A stretch of DNA of 64,000 nucleotides from a bacterium (GTDB lineage Bacteria > JAHJDO01), in the NCBI GenBank assembly GCA_043824255.1, contig JBDRTG010000043.1:32001-96000 (forward strand). The letters are read 5' to 3'. Below, piece by piece: positions 10,611 through 21,222 of the stretch (position 1 is its first letter; every line of letters starts with the position of its first letter). Both the position numbers and the translations under genes were made by a program. The notes under the pieces were generated by a model. The model was not told the DNA's origin. It made no database searches and was given only the letters and a program-made list of their open reading frames with translations.

Positions 10611-11704
10611 TGCCTACTGTATTACACATAAACGCAGGTGAAGTCTGGAGCGGGATAGAGCAGAGGATACTTTCAATCAGCAGGTCGCTTAACAGTGGGC
10701 GGTTTAAAATAATTCTAGCTGCGTCCCCGTCAAGCCCATTATACAAAAAAGCAGGTTCGTATAATATCTCGTTATTGTCTCTTAAAATAGGCAGATGGAA
10801 ATTTAACCCGGTAGTTATATGGAAACTGTCAAGGTTCCTAAAAACTCATAAAGTTGATATCTTGCACACACACCGTTCATCAGATCACTGGATTGGTGTC
10901 TTGGCTGTTAGATTATTTGGCTTGTCTAGTCAATGCAAAATTATCCGCACACGCCATAATTTCACAAGAATAAAAAACAACTGTATAAACAATAAACTGT
11001 ATAAGGAGTGGACAGATAGAATAATAGCAGTAGCTGAAGTGATAAGAGAACAGTTAATTGATGAAAATAACATTTCTGGGAATAAAATCATTACTATTCA
11101 CAGTTCTATAGATGTAAAAAAATTCAATGACAACTTTAGTGGAGAAGCTATACGCAAGGAGTTTAGTATTGCTTCTGATACAGTAGTTCTAGGCATGATA
11201 GGTAGATTGAGGAAACATAAAGACTATCCGAATGTAATTGAAGCATTAGATATTATTATTAAAAGAGTTAGGAATATTAAATTACTGATTGTTGGAGATG
11301 GAATTCTGGAATCACAACTTAAAAGCATAGTTCAAAAAATGGAATTAAGTAATTATGTTATATTCGCAGGTAAAAGAGAGAATATTCCCCAAATTCTCTC
11401 AGGGATTGATATATTTGTGCTCTCTTCTTCTGTTGAAGGCTCACCTGCTGTAATCAAGGAAGCACTTATTATGGAAAAACCTGTTATTTCAACTAATGTG
11501 GGTGGTATCCCCGAAATTATTCAAAACGGAATTACTGGCATCCTAGTTCCTCCTCATAATCCTGAGGCTTTGGCTGACGGTATTCTTGATGCAATAAATA
11601 ACATGAACAAAGCCTTGGAAATGGCAAAAAAAGGAAAACAAGTTATTATAAATGAATTTTCAGAAACCAGACTTGCACAGCTGACAGCGGAGGTGTATCG
11701 ATGA
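10610..11704 (+). CDS. Glycosyltransferase family 4
   Basis: SGIEQR, DILHTH, EGSPAVIKEA, TNVGGIPEII; ends abruptly at AEVYR. Confidence 0.9.
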   Translation: MPTVLHINAGEVWSGIEQRILSISRSLNSGRFKIILAASPSSPLYKKAGSYNISLLSLKIGRWKFNPVVIWKLSRFLKTHKVDILHTHRSSDHWIGVLAVRLFGLSSQCKIIRTRHNFTRIKNNCINNKLYKEWTDRIIAVAEVIREQLIDENNISGNKIITIHSSIDVKKFNDNFSGEAIRKEFSIASDTVVLGMIGRLRKHKDYPNVIEALDIIIKRVRNIKLLIVGDGILESQLKSIVQKMELSNYVIFAGKRENIPQILSGIDIFVLSSSVEGSPAVIKEALIMEKPVISTNVGGIPEIIQNGITGILVPPHNPEALADGILDAINNMNKALEMAKKGKQVIINEFSETRLAQLTAEVYR

Positions 11705-13098
11705 CGAATATATCCAAATTAAAAAGTGCGAAGGAAGCTCTGCGGGAAAGCGAGGAAAGATATCGGCTCTTATTTGAAACTTCACGTGACGCAATAATGA
11801 CACTTGCTCCGCCGTCTTGGAATTTTACTTCAGGAAATGCTGCCACGCTCGAACTGTTCGGCGTGAAAGATGAAGAAACGTTTATTTCTGCGCCTCCGTG
11901 GAAGTACTCTCCAGAGTTTCAGCCGGACGGACAATCCTCCATAAATAAAGCAAAAAAAATGATTGGCATAGCAATGAAAAAAGGGTCAAACTTTTTTGAG
12001 TGGACGCACAAAAAGCGGAATGGCAAGGACTTCTTTTGCTCCGTTTTGCTGACAAGAATAAGTATCGGAGAGAAAACTTTCCTGCAGGCGACAGTCAGAG
12101 ATATTACAGGGCGCAAGAGGATAGAGAAGGAATTAAAAAAGTACCGCGATCATCTGGAAGACATAGTCGAAAACCGCACAGCAGAACTTGAAAAAGAAAT
12201 CGCTGAACGCAAACTCACAGAGGAGGAGCTGCGTAATAGTAAAAACAAGTACAAAACACTTCTTGAGAATCTTCCTCAGAAGGTATTTTTATTGGACAGC
12301 AATTTGGTTTTTGTCTCTTGTAACGAAAGCTTTGTACGAGACAAAAAAATCAGGCGTGAAGAAATCGCAGGAAAAACAGATTATGATTTTTTCCCAAAGA
12401 AACTGGCTGAGAAATATAGAGCAGACGATAAAAGAATTATCAAATCCGGGAAAACAGAAGAAATAGAAGATAGACGCGTTATAAATGGAAAAGAATTTAT
12501 TGAATACACAGTCAAGTGTCCTGCTAGGGATGAACAGGACAACATCGTTGGGTTATTGGGTATTTCTTGGGACATCACCGAGCGCAAGAGGACAGAGAAG
12601 ATGTTGAAAGAGACGGCAGCAAAATTGCAGAGACAAAAATCGGCTTTGGAGCAAAAAAACATTGCGCTCAGCGAAATCATAGCGCAGATTGAAGTGGAAA
12701 AAAGAAAAATAAAAAATGATATAGCGGCTAATGTAAATGAAATATTGTTTCCGATTTTAGAAAAGCTTGAATTAGAGAAGACTGCCGGTAAATATGTTGA
12801 TTTATTAAAAAACCATTTAGGGGAATTGGTGTCTTCGTTTGGCCGTAAAATAAGAGGGAAAAGACTTAATCTGACTCCAAGGGAAATTGAAATCTGCAAT
12901 ATGATAAAAGGCAGGCTCACAAGCAAAGAGATTTCCGGGCTTTTAAATATTTCTTACCAGACAGTTGAAAAACACCGCAAAAATATCAGACATAAAATGG
13001 GAATACGTAAAAAAGATATTAACTTAGCTTCTTTCCTCCAAACCATTCAACGGGTATTTTATATACCCATTACCTACCCATATAATTCCTGTTGTTGA
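11701..13098 (+). CDS. PAS-PAS-LuxR HTH transcriptional regulator
   Basis: Two PAS/PAC domains (RDITGRK, WDITERK); LTPREIEIC..TSKEIS..ISYQTVEKHRKNIRHK. Confidence 0.9.
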   Translation: MTNISKLKSAKEALRESEERYRLLFETSRDAIMTLAPPSWNFTSGNAATLELFGVKDEETFISAPPWKYSPEFQPDGQSSINKAKKMIGIAMKKGSNFFEWTHKKRNGKDFFCSVLLTRISIGEKTFLQATVRDITGRKRIEKELKKYRDHLEDIVENRTAELEKEIAERKLTEEELRNSKNKYKTLLENLPQKVFLLDSNLVFVSCNESFVRDKKIRREEIAGKTDYDFFPKKLAEKYRADDKRIIKSGKTEEIEDRRVINGKEFIEYTVKCPARDEQDNIVGLLGISWDITERKRTEKMLKETAAKLQRQKSALEQKNIALSEIIAQIEVEKRKIKNDIAANVNEILFPILEKLELEKTAGKYVDLLKNHLGELVSSFGRKIRGKRLNLTPREIEICNMIKGRLTSKEISGLLNISYQTVEKHRKNIRHKMGIRKKDINLASFLQTIQRVFYIPITYPYNSCC

Positions 13099-13151
13099 TG
13101 TCTTCTTATAGAATTAACATACATGTGTAACATAAGCAAGCAGGGGAATAA

Positions 13152-13994
13152 ATGAGTCTTTCTGATTTCATGCGGAAGGAGTTAGTTCTTCTTGATCTTT
13201 TGTCTGAGAAAAAAGAAGACGCAATCAAAGAGTTAATATCTCCAATAATAAAAAGAGGTTTTGCCAATTCAGAAAATACACTGCATAAAGCTATTTTAGA
13301 GAGAGAAGCGCATGGTAGCACTGCGATAGGGAATGGAGTTGCTATCCCGCATGCAGAAACATCTTCTATTAAAGAAAAAATTATCGTTTTTGGAAGATCA
13401 AAAAAAGGCATAAACTTTGATGCAATTGATAATAAGCCTGTGAATCTTTTCTTTATGATTATTTCTCCAAGTAGAGAAATTTGTCCGCACTTGAAAACTC
13501 TAGCCAGAATATCCCGCCTTCTTGGAGAAAAAGCTTTCAGGGATGATTTGATGAGCGCTACATCTTCAGAAGACATAATAAAACTAATTGCTATGGAGGA
13601 AAAACCTCCTGAGGAAGGAAGTGATATGAATCAAGAGCGAAGGAAATATCCGCGATATGCTGTTGATGAAGCTGTTGAGTTAAGATTGCAAAAAGATTCA
13701 GAAAAGCATCTGATTATATACTATGGCTGTACAAAAGATATAAGCCTTGGCGGGATCTGTATAACGCTACCAAAGCATAAGGATACAAACGACTCCAGAA
13801 TAAAAGAAGATATAAAACTTCAAGTAAGAATTCCTGTGTTGGATGTCAAAAAATATTTAGAAATAAATGGACAGACAGTCTGGCGCTTACAGAAAAAAGA
13901 AGATTACAATATTGGGATACAATTTAGCTCAAACGATAAGGAAACAGAAACTGCTCTTTCTCGATTTATTGATGAAATAAAAACCTCTTCTTAA
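13152..13994 (+). CDS. PTS EIIA (Ntr/Fru-type) domain fused to PilZ domain
   Basis: RE..GSTAIGNGVAIPHA, HLKTLARISRLL; C-terminal ERRKYPR and DISLGG. Confidence 0.85.
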   Translation: MSLSDFMRKELVLLDLLSEKKEDAIKELISPIIKRGFANSENTLHKAILEREAHGSTAIGNGVAIPHAETSSIKEKIIVFGRSKKGINFDAIDNKPVNLFFMIISPSREICPHLKTLARISRLLGEKAFRDDLMSATSSEDIIKLIAMEEKPPEEGSDMNQERRKYPRYAVDEAVELRLQKDSEKHLIIYYGCTKDISLGGICITLPKHKDTNDSRIKEDIKLQVRIPVLDVKKYLEINGQTVWRLQKKEDYNIGIQFSSNDKETETALSRFIDEIKTSS

Positions 13995-14020
13995 ATTTCA
14001 AACTACCTGCGTCACTTGGC

Positions 14021-14049
14021 TTGACCAAATTAGTACTTGTCTATACAAT
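14021..14049 (+). promoter_or_regulatory. Sigma70-type promoter
   Basis: TTGACC-N17-TACAAT, 9 nt before the ATG at 14059. Confidence 0.6.
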
Positions 14050-14058
14050 AATGCTGTT

Positions 14059-15207
14059 ATGAAAAAACCAGTTAGAATTCTCCGTATAGTCCCTTCTCTT
14101 GAAATGGGTGGTGTTGAAAGAACACTGACCTCCATACTTCCAAGATTAGATAAGTGTCAATATAAAGTTTATCTGTGTTGCCTTTTTAAACGGGATAAAC
14201 TGGCAGATGCTATGGAATCTTTAGGTATTCCCATTATCAAGTTTAGAATGAGAGCACGACTGGACTTTGATGGGAAATACATAGCAGGGATATTGAGACT
14301 GGCACGCCTTATGAAAAAGATGCAGATAGAGATTGTTCATACTCATCTATATAGAGCAAACCTTGCAGGAAGAATTGCTGCTAAATTAGCAGGAGTACCA
14401 GTAATAATAGCTAATGAACACAATATTGATTCATGGAAAAAATTTCCTCAGAGATTGAGTGACAGAGTATTAGCAGGAATTACAAATAAAATTATTGTTG
14501 TGTCTGATACGGTCAAAGATTTTTATGTTAATAAAATAGGGATATCTGAATATAAAATTATTACAATTCATAATGGGGTTGATATTTTAAAATTTCAAAC
14601 TTATGTGGATATAAACAAAAAAAGAGAAGAATTTGGGATAAAATCAGGTGATAAAGTTATAACTACAATAGGACGCTTGCATCAACAGAAAGGACACATT
14701 TACTTTCTAAAGGCTGCTCAAATAATAAGAGAGAAAAACCCGGATGTAAAATTTTTAATTGTAGGTGACGGTCCATTAGAAAACCAGTTGAAATCTACCT
14801 CAGACGATTTAGAGATTAGCAAAAATGTGATATTTGCAGGTTTGAGAGATGACATTCCACAAATTCTTGCAATGTCCGATATATCTGTTCTGACTTCTTT
14901 AAGAGAGGGATTCTCAATAACAGTTCTAGAATCCATGGCTGCTGGAAAACCTGTTATTGTGACTGATGTCGGAGGGAACAGCGAGGTTGTTGAACATGGG
15001 AAAACCGGTTTTGTCATCCAACCTCAATCTCCTGAAGACCTTGCTTCATATAGTCTCAATCTAATTAATAACCAAGAACTGGCAAAAAAGATGGGACAAG
15101 AAGCAAAGAAAAGAGTGCTAAACTTTAGTATTGACAGAATGGTTGAAAAAACAGAAAATCTGTATGATGTTTTGCTTAAGAACGTTAAATTAAGTAAAAA
15201 GGAATAA
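14059..15207 (+). CDS. Glycosyltransferase family 4
   Basis: MGGVER, GRLHQQKG, EGFSITVLESMA. Confidence 0.92.
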   Translation: MKKPVRILRIVPSLEMGGVERTLTSILPRLDKCQYKVYLCCLFKRDKLADAMESLGIPIIKFRMRARLDFDGKYIAGILRLARLMKKMQIEIVHTHLYRANLAGRIAAKLAGVPVIIANEHNIDSWKKFPQRLSDRVLAGITNKIIVVSDTVKDFYVNKIGISEYKIITIHNGVDILKFQTYVDINKKREEFGIKSGDKVITTIGRLHQQKGHIYFLKAAQIIREKNPDVKFLIVGDGPLENQLKSTSDDLEISKNVIFAGLRDDIPQILAMSDISVLTSLREGFSITVLESMAAGKPVIVTDVGGNSEVVEHGKTGFVIQPQSPEDLASYSLNLINNQELAKKMGQEAKKRVLNFSIDRMVEKTENLYDVLLKNVKLSKKE

Positions 15208-15211
15208 GTGT

Positions 15212-15628
15212 ATGTTTTGGAGAAAAGATGCGCAAAAAGATAAGAGAAGGTATATCAGGGTAGAGAAAGCCTTTAGGATAAAATATGGGATTATTAAAAT
15301 TGACAATATGCTGCCTGTTAAATACGATATGCAAGAATGTGTTGAATTAAAGTATGATGGGTACACAAAAGACATCAGCCAGGGAGGACTTTGCCTGCAG
15401 TATAAGGATTTAAATGAACCCTTTAGCTCAAAAAAAGGAGCAGAATTAAAACTAAAAATTTCAATTCCTAATGAGAATCCTGAAGATGTTGACGCTTCTG
15501 GCAGAGTAGCTTGGGAAGATTTAGAAAGAAAAGTGTGCGGAATAGAATTTACATCTATTCTGTATGAAGACCGTCTGAAAATCCGTAACTATGTCAGAGA
15601 TGAATACTTTAAGAGCTATAAAAAATGA
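15212..15628 (+). CDS. Stand-alone PilZ domain protein
   Basis: DKRRYIR and DISQGG motifs, GRVAW, CGIEF. Confidence 0.85.
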   Translation: MFWRKDAQKDKRRYIRVEKAFRIKYGIIKIDNMLPVKYDMQECVELKYDGYTKDISQGGLCLQYKDLNEPFSSKKGAELKLKISIPNENPEDVDASGRVAWEDLERKVCGIEFTSILYEDRLKIRNYVRDEYFKSYKK

Positions 15629-15647
15629 ATTGCTGTTCTAACTAGCT

Positions 15648-16040
15648 ATGTTCTTCTACCTGCTTCTGCTCTTTACGCTACTTCCAATGACAGAGCTGGT
15701 TTTGCTAATAAAAATCGGCCGTCACATTGGCCTCTTAAATGCAATTTTAATTGTTATTGCAACAGGTATTTCCGGCGCTTCACTTGCAAGATGGCAGGGA
15801 TTGACAGTAATTAGAGAGGTTCAAAACCAGCTTTCTGTTGGTATTATGCCAAAGGAAGAAATTCTGGATGGAATAATGATACTAGCAGGAGGACTTCTCT
15901 TGCTCACCCCTGGCTTAATCACAGACTTTATTGGATTAGTAGCCATAATCCCTATTACAAGAAAATGGATAAAGTATTTAGTGAAGAAAAAACTTGAACG
16001 GATGATAGATGAAGGAAGGTTTCAAATAAACAGGTTTTGA
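15648..16040 (+). CDS. fxsA: FxsA family membrane protein
   Basis: LPMTEL, ARWQG, GGLLLLTPGLITD. Confidence 0.9.
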   Translation: MFFYLLLLFTLLPMTELVLLIKIGRHIGLLNAILIVIATGISGASLARWQGLTVIREVQNQLSVGIMPKEEILDGIMILAGGLLLLTPGLITDFIGLVAIIPITRKWIKYLVKKKLERMIDEGRFQINRF

Positions 16041-16044
16041 TTAT

Positions 16045-17199
16045 ATGAAAATAGCTTACCTCTGTGAAGATAGCCAAATTCCAATAATGGGAGTAAAGGG
16101 CGCTTCTATTCATATACGCGAAGTTATTAATGCTTTAATTAAATTGAATCACGAGGTATTTGTAATCACAACAAATAAGGGCGCAAAAAACCATGAAAAT
16201 GGTCAATATACGATCCACGAAGTATCGCCATTTACATCAAAGAAATTGGGCTCTGATTTAAGAATGACATTTACAAGCGGCAAGCTCTACAAAAAAGCCA
16301 GTATCCTATTTAACAATGCAAAGCCTGATTTAATCTATGAACGATATGAGCTTTATGGAAGCGCAGGGATGAAGTTAGCTCAAAAATTCAACATACCTTT
16401 TATATTAGAGGTTAATGCAGCACTTTTGTGGGGTCCTAAGCGGAGATTAAATTTTAGACCTTTAGCCAGATATGTGGAAAATAATATATTCAGAAGTGCT
16501 GGAGCAATAATTATAACGACAGATAATCTTAGAGACTATGTTATCAGAAAAGGGGTAGATAAAAACAAGGTTTTTGAAGTCCCTGATGGTGTAGATTCCG
16601 AAAAATTCAATCCGGAGATATCCGGAATTCCAATTAGAAAAAAATACAAACTTGAAAAAAAACAAATTGTTGGATTTGTTGGAAGTCTCAGTAAAAGACA
16701 GGGCCTCTCTCTACTTCTTGATGCAGCAGAAAAATGCAAACAGCAAATACCGGATATTCACTTCCTTATAGTTGGAGAGGGATTTGAAGAACATAAATTA
16801 AAAAAATTTGTTAAAAATAACAAATTAGAGAATATTGTTACTTTTACTGGCGCTGTTTCACATAATGATATACCCACACATATTGCAGCAATGGATATAA
16901 CAGTTCTTCCCAATATGAGCATTTACAGCTCTCCCGTTAAAATTTTTGAATATATGGCAATGGGTAAAGCGACTATTGCTCCGGCACAAGGCCAAATGAA
17001 TAGATTCTTTGAAAATGAAAAAGAAATATTATTAATTAAACCCGGGGATAAAGGACAGCTTGCAAACAACATTATAAAACTCTTTAGCGACCCTGCGCTC
17101 AGGAAAGGATTGGGCTATAACGCAAGGTATAAGGTATCAAATTCTTATACATGGAAACACAATGCAAAGCGTATTCTAGATATTTATGAGATAATTTAA
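16045..17199 (+). CDS. Glycosyltransferase family 4
   Basis: GASIHI, IYERY, LEVNA, SPVKIFEYMAMG. Confidence 0.9.
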   Translation: MKIAYLCEDSQIPIMGVKGASIHIREVINALIKLNHEVFVITTNKGAKNHENGQYTIHEVSPFTSKKLGSDLRMTFTSGKLYKKASILFNNAKPDLIYERYELYGSAGMKLAQKFNIPFILEVNAALLWGPKRRLNFRPLARYVENNIFRSAGAIIITTDNLRDYVIRKGVDKNKVFEVPDGVDSEKFNPEISGIPIRKKYKLEKKQIVGFVGSLSKRQGLSLLLDAAEKCKQQIPDIHFLIVGEGFEEHKLKKFVKNNKLENIVTFTGAVSHNDIPTHIAAMDITVLPNMSIYSSPVKIFEYMAMGKATIAPAQGQMNRFFENEKEILLIKPGDKGQLANNIIKLFSDPALRKGLGYNARYKVSNSYTWKHNAKRILDIYEII

Positions 17200-17215
17200 A
17201 AAAGAGGAGAAAATT

Positions 17216-18040
17216 ATGAAAATTTATATAATGACTGATTTGGAAGGAGTTGCTGGGATTCTTAATTTTGAGGAGTGGTGTAGTCCTGAATCTAGATATT
17301 ATGAGCTTGCAAAGGAATTTTTAACGATGGAAGTAAATGCAGCTGTTAGTGGATTTCTTGAAGATGGAAACAAGGAAATAGTGGTAGCAGACGGACACGG
17401 ACCCGGAGCAATTAATCCGAAGCTTCTGGATTCACGGGTTATGCTTATGAGAGGCTGGCCAACTGGATTCCCATATGGATTAGATAAGTCATATGATTGG
17501 GTTGCATGGGTTGGACAACATGCAAAAGCAGGAACCGAATATGCGCATCTACCACATACAAGTAGTTTTCGACGTCTTGATTTATCAGTAAACGGTATAT
17601 CTATTGGAGAATTCGGTTACTTTGCCATATGTGCCAGCGAGCTTGGAGTGAGATCTATATTTGCTTCAGGAGATGAGGCTTTTACAAAAGAGGCAGAAAA
17701 ACTTGTTCCAGGAATTGAGACAGTAAGTGTTAAAAAGGGAACAACACCAGGCAAAGGCGATGATCTGCCTACAGAAGCATACGGGAAACGTAATCTAGGA
17801 GCAATTCATTTTCATCCTGATAAGGCATGCAAGCTCATTAAAAAGGGGGCGTTAAAAGCCATAAAACGCGCGCAGACTGAAGAATTCGGATTGATAAAAT
17901 TAAAATCTCCGTTTAAACGCACATCAACATTTCGCTCGAACCAAAATAAGCCAAAAACTATTTCGGTTGAGACTCATCCATCAAGCGTTATTGATTTAAT
18001 GAATATGCCATACAATGCAAAGCCAGTGATAGATGGATAG
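17216..18040 (+). CDS. M55 D-aminopeptidase (DppA family)
   Basis: MKIYIMTDLEGVAG, VADGHG, HAKAG..HT, IGEFG, SGD. Confidence 0.88.
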   Translation: MKIYIMTDLEGVAGILNFEEWCSPESRYYELAKEFLTMEVNAAVSGFLEDGNKEIVVADGHGPGAINPKLLDSRVMLMRGWPTGFPYGLDKSYDWVAWVGQHAKAGTEYAHLPHTSSFRRLDLSVNGISIGEFGYFAICASELGVRSIFASGDEAFTKEAEKLVPGIETVSVKKGTTPGKGDDLPTEAYGKRNLGAIHFHPDKACKLIKKGALKAIKRAQTEEFGLIKLKSPFKRTSTFRSNQNKPKTISVETHPSSVIDLMNMPYNAKPVIDG

Positions 18041-18049
18041 TAATTGATG

Positions 18050-20185
18050 CTATTCATTCCTCAAATTCGCATATTTAACTAATAAGGTTTTTCTAATATT
18101 TCCCTTCCAGAAATGAACTGTAAGCTTTGTCCTATCTCCCTGCCCGGTTTTACTAACAACTGTTCCTCGTCCCCATTTTGTATGCATAATTCTCTGTCCA
18201 ACCTTGTATGCGCAAGTATCGTCTTCTAAGCTTTCATATCTTAAACTATTATCTATGGAATTATTTAACGCAGTTCTTTTATATGTTTTAACCAATAAAT
18301 TGTCGGGAATTTCGTCTATAAATCTTGATGTTACGGTATTTCTCCATATACCGTGAATTCTTCTTCTTAGAGCTGATGAAAGATGCAGCTTTTCTTTCGC
18401 TCTTGTCATACCTACATAGCAAAGACGCCTTTCTTCTTCAAGATCACTAGTCTCAAGTGAAGAATTTATATGCGGGAAAATATCCTCTTCCATTCCTGCC
18501 ATAAAACAAACCGGGAATTCTAATCCCTTAGCGCCATGGACAGTCATTAATGTAATTGCATTACTTTCGGAATCCCAGTTATCAATATTAGATAGAAGCG
18601 CAACCTGATCTAAAAAATCTTTAAGTCTCGGATTCTGTGTGTTTTCCTCATATTCTGCAATTGCAGAAACAACCCCAAACACATTCTCCTCTCTTTCATG
18701 CGCAGTGACTGGGTCTATACCATGGAGATAGTCTGTATAATTTATCTCTGCTATTAGATCTCTCGCCATTTTAGTAATGCTTCCTTTAAAACTCTGATAT
18801 TTTTTAATAATATTCACAAACGTTTTTATCTTATTTCTTGTCCGCAAAGTTATATCAGAAACGTTATCAATCCTATCCAAAAGACTGAATATAGATAATT
18901 TCATTTCACTTGCATGCTTCGTCAACTTTTTTAACGTTGTGTCTCCAATGCCTCTTGGAGGTAGATTGATAATTCTTTTTATGCTAATCAAGTCATCTTG
19001 GTTTGATATTACTCTCAAATAACCAAGTATATCCTTAACTTCCGCTCTATCATAAAATCTTACTCCGCCAATTATTTTATATGGTATGCTTTCGCGTCTG
19101 AAACTATCTTCAAGCAGTCTTGATAATGCATGTACACGATAGAATATTGCAATATCCTTATAGGTTTTATTATTCATAAGCAAATTTTTTATCTGCTCTG
19201 AGATAAACTTTGCTTCTTCAATTTCGTCATATGCCTGGTAATATATTGGATTAGCTCCTTTAAGATTACGAGTCCACAAATTTTTTTCTTTTCTATTTGT
19301 GTTATTTTTAATCACACTATTTGCCGCAGATAAAATTGCCTGTGTTGAACGATAATTCTCCTCAAGCTTTATTATCTTAGCTCCTGCAAAATCCCTTTCA
19401 AAATTCATGATATTAGAAATATCTGCTCCACGCCATTTATATATTGATTGATCAGGATCCCCTACAACAGATATGCTTTCGCATCCAGCAGAAAGAAGCC
19501 GGATTAGTTCATATTGGGCATGGTTTGTGTCCTGATATTCATCAACAAAAATATGCCGGAATTTATCATGATATTTATCTAAAATATCAGGGAAGTCATT
19601 AAATATTCTAACTGTATCCATTATAAGATCCCCGAAATCAAGAGCTTTTATTTCTCTAAGACTAGTTTGGTATTCTTTATAGATATCAGCAACTTTTCTA
19701 TCGTAAAAATTCCCGCAAAATTCGCTATATTCATCAACATCAAGGAGATTATCCTTGGCTCTGCTTATCTTTTCCAGAACGACTTTAGCCCGAAATTGTT
19801 TATCGCTTAGATTCAATTTCTTAATACATTCCTTTATGAGTTTAGTTTGGTCTGTTTCATCATATATTATGAAATCCGGCACTGTCTTTTCACTCTTCAG
19901 AATTCTAAGACAGACAGAGTGAAATGTACCTATCCACAATCCCCTTTCAAAGGATTCGGATACAAGAGAGCTGATGCGTTTACGCATTTCCTCTGCAGCC
20001 TTATTTGTAAATGTTACTGCTATCATAGCGTTAGAGCGTACTCCTTCCTTAATAAAGTATGCAATCCTATGGGTCAGTACGCGTGTCTTGCCGCTGCCGG
20101 CCCCAGCCAGTATAAGAAGCGGAGCTTTATGATATACAACAGCTTCTTTTTGAGCAGGATTTAAGGAACGCAAGATTGTATCCAT
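18050..20185 (-). CDS. pcrA: PcrA/UvrD DNA helicase
   Basis: AGAGSGKT, VDEYQDTN, VGDPDQSIY, NYRS, HGAKGLEF, EERRLCYVGMTRA; start moved to MDTILRSLN. Confidence 0.95.
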   Translation of the reverse strand: MDTILRSLNPAQKEAVVYHKAPLLILAGAGSGKTRVLTHRIAYFIKEGVRSNAMIAVTFTNKAAEEMRKRISSLVSESFERGLWIGTFHSVCLRILKSEKTVPDFIIYDETDQTKLIKECIKKLNLSDKQFRAKVVLEKISRAKDNLLDVDEYSEFCGNFYDRKVADIYKEYQTSLREIKALDFGDLIMDTVRIFNDFPDILDKYHDKFRHIFVDEYQDTNHAQYELIRLLSAGCESISVVGDPDQSIYKWRGADISNIMNFERDFAGAKIIKLEENYRSTQAILSAANSVIKNNTNRKEKNLWTRNLKGANPIYYQAYDEIEEAKFISEQIKNLLMNNKTYKDIAIFYRVHALSRLLEDSFRRESIPYKIIGGVRFYDRAEVKDILGYLRVISNQDDLISIKRIINLPPRGIGDTTLKKLTKHASEMKLSIFSLLDRIDNVSDITLRTRNKIKTFVNIIKKYQSFKGSITKMARDLIAEINYTDYLHGIDPVTAHEREENVFGVVSAIAEYEENTQNPRLKDFLDQVALLSNIDNWDSESNAITLMTVHGAKGLEFPVCFMAGMEEDIFPHINSSLETSDLEEERRLCYVGMTRAKEKLHLSSALRRRIHGIWRNTVTSRFIDEIPDNLLVKTYKRTALNNSIDNSLRYESLEDDTCAYKVGQRIMHTKWGRGTVVSKTGQGDRTKLTVHFWKGNIRKTLLVKYANLRNE

Positions 20186-20251
20186 ATGCCTGATTCTACC
20201 AATGCTGCAAAGAATTTGCAAAAACAATTACTTGTGTGTTATGTTGATTTT

Positions 20252-20644
20252 ATGATTTTTGAATTATCTGTTAAGAGTCATAAGAGAGCGGAATTTATCA
20301 ATATTACTTCAGATATCGAAAACAAAGTTAAAGAATCTGGAATAAGCAGCGGGCTCTGTCATATATTTATCCCTCACACTACAGCTGGTGTTACTATAAA
20401 CGAAGGAGCTGATCCGGATGTTTTAAGGGATCTAGAATATGGTCTGGATAGATGTGTTCCTTATGATGGCAAGTATCGCCATATGGAGGGCAACTCCCCA
20501 GCTCATATAAAATCAAGTATAGTAGGCTGCAACAAAACAGTTTTTATAGATAATGGGCGCCTTGTGCTTGGAACATGGCAGTCTGTTTATTTCTGCGAAT
20601 TTGACGGGCCAAGAACAAGGAGAGTACTGGTTAAAATAAAATGA
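20252..20644 (+). CDS. yjbQ: YjbQ / UPF0047 (secondary thiamine-phosphate synthase family)
   Basis: PHTTAGVTINE, NSPAHIK, LGTWQSVYFCEFDGPR. Confidence 0.92.
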   Translation: MIFELSVKSHKRAEFINITSDIENKVKESGISSGLCHIFIPHTTAGVTINEGADPDVLRDLEYGLDRCVPYDGKYRHMEGNSPAHIKSSIVGCNKTVFIDNGRLVLGTWQSVYFCEFDGPRTRRVLVKIK

Positions 20645-21222
20645 CAAATTTAAGATTTCGGATTTTTCTTTTTTGTCTGTGCTTTTTATTGTCTGGCGTA
20701 TTTATCTCCGGATGTTCCACACGAAGGGGTCTTATCAGAAATTCATATAAGCCGGATGCAAAACTTTATATAAACCCATGTGTTAAGCTCAGAAATTATG
20801 AGATAGCATATATACAGACGCCAGAAAAAAACGGCGAAAATCTAACAGCGGACGACAGAATAATGCGGAACTATATAAAGGGGGAGATTGGTATGGCTTT
20901 TGAAAGAGCTGGTTTTTTCAAATCCGTTACATACGATAAAAAGATGCTAAACAAACCCAATGCGCTAAAAATTACATCCAATTTCACAGTTGATTATGGA
21001 AATCAGTTATGGAGATCTCATCTTGGATTTCTGGGTTTTGGTAAGACAAAAATTTTGCTGGAGATAAAATTAAAGGATGCAAAAACCAATACTATTCTCT
21101 CAAAATATAAAGACTCTCTAATAGGAACAGGTTGGCAATCTATAGCAGGCGGAGACCCAAAGTTCCTTATAAAAAAAGGCATAAGAAAAATAGTCAGATC
21201 TTATGTTGATCTATTACAATAA
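20641..21222 (+). CDS. Putative lipoprotein (DUF4410-like)
   Basis: Lipobox ISGC; GNQLWRSHLGFLGFGK segment. Confidence 0.55.
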   Translation: MTNLRFRIFLFCLCFLLSGVFISGCSTRRGLIRNSYKPDAKLYINPCVKLRNYEIAYIQTPEKNGENLTADDRIMRNYIKGEIGMAFERAGFFKSVTYDKKMLNKPNALKITSNFTVDYGNQLWRSHLGFLGFGKTKILLEIKLKDAKTNTILSKYKDSLIGTGWQSIAGGDPKFLIKKGIRKIVRSYVDLLQ

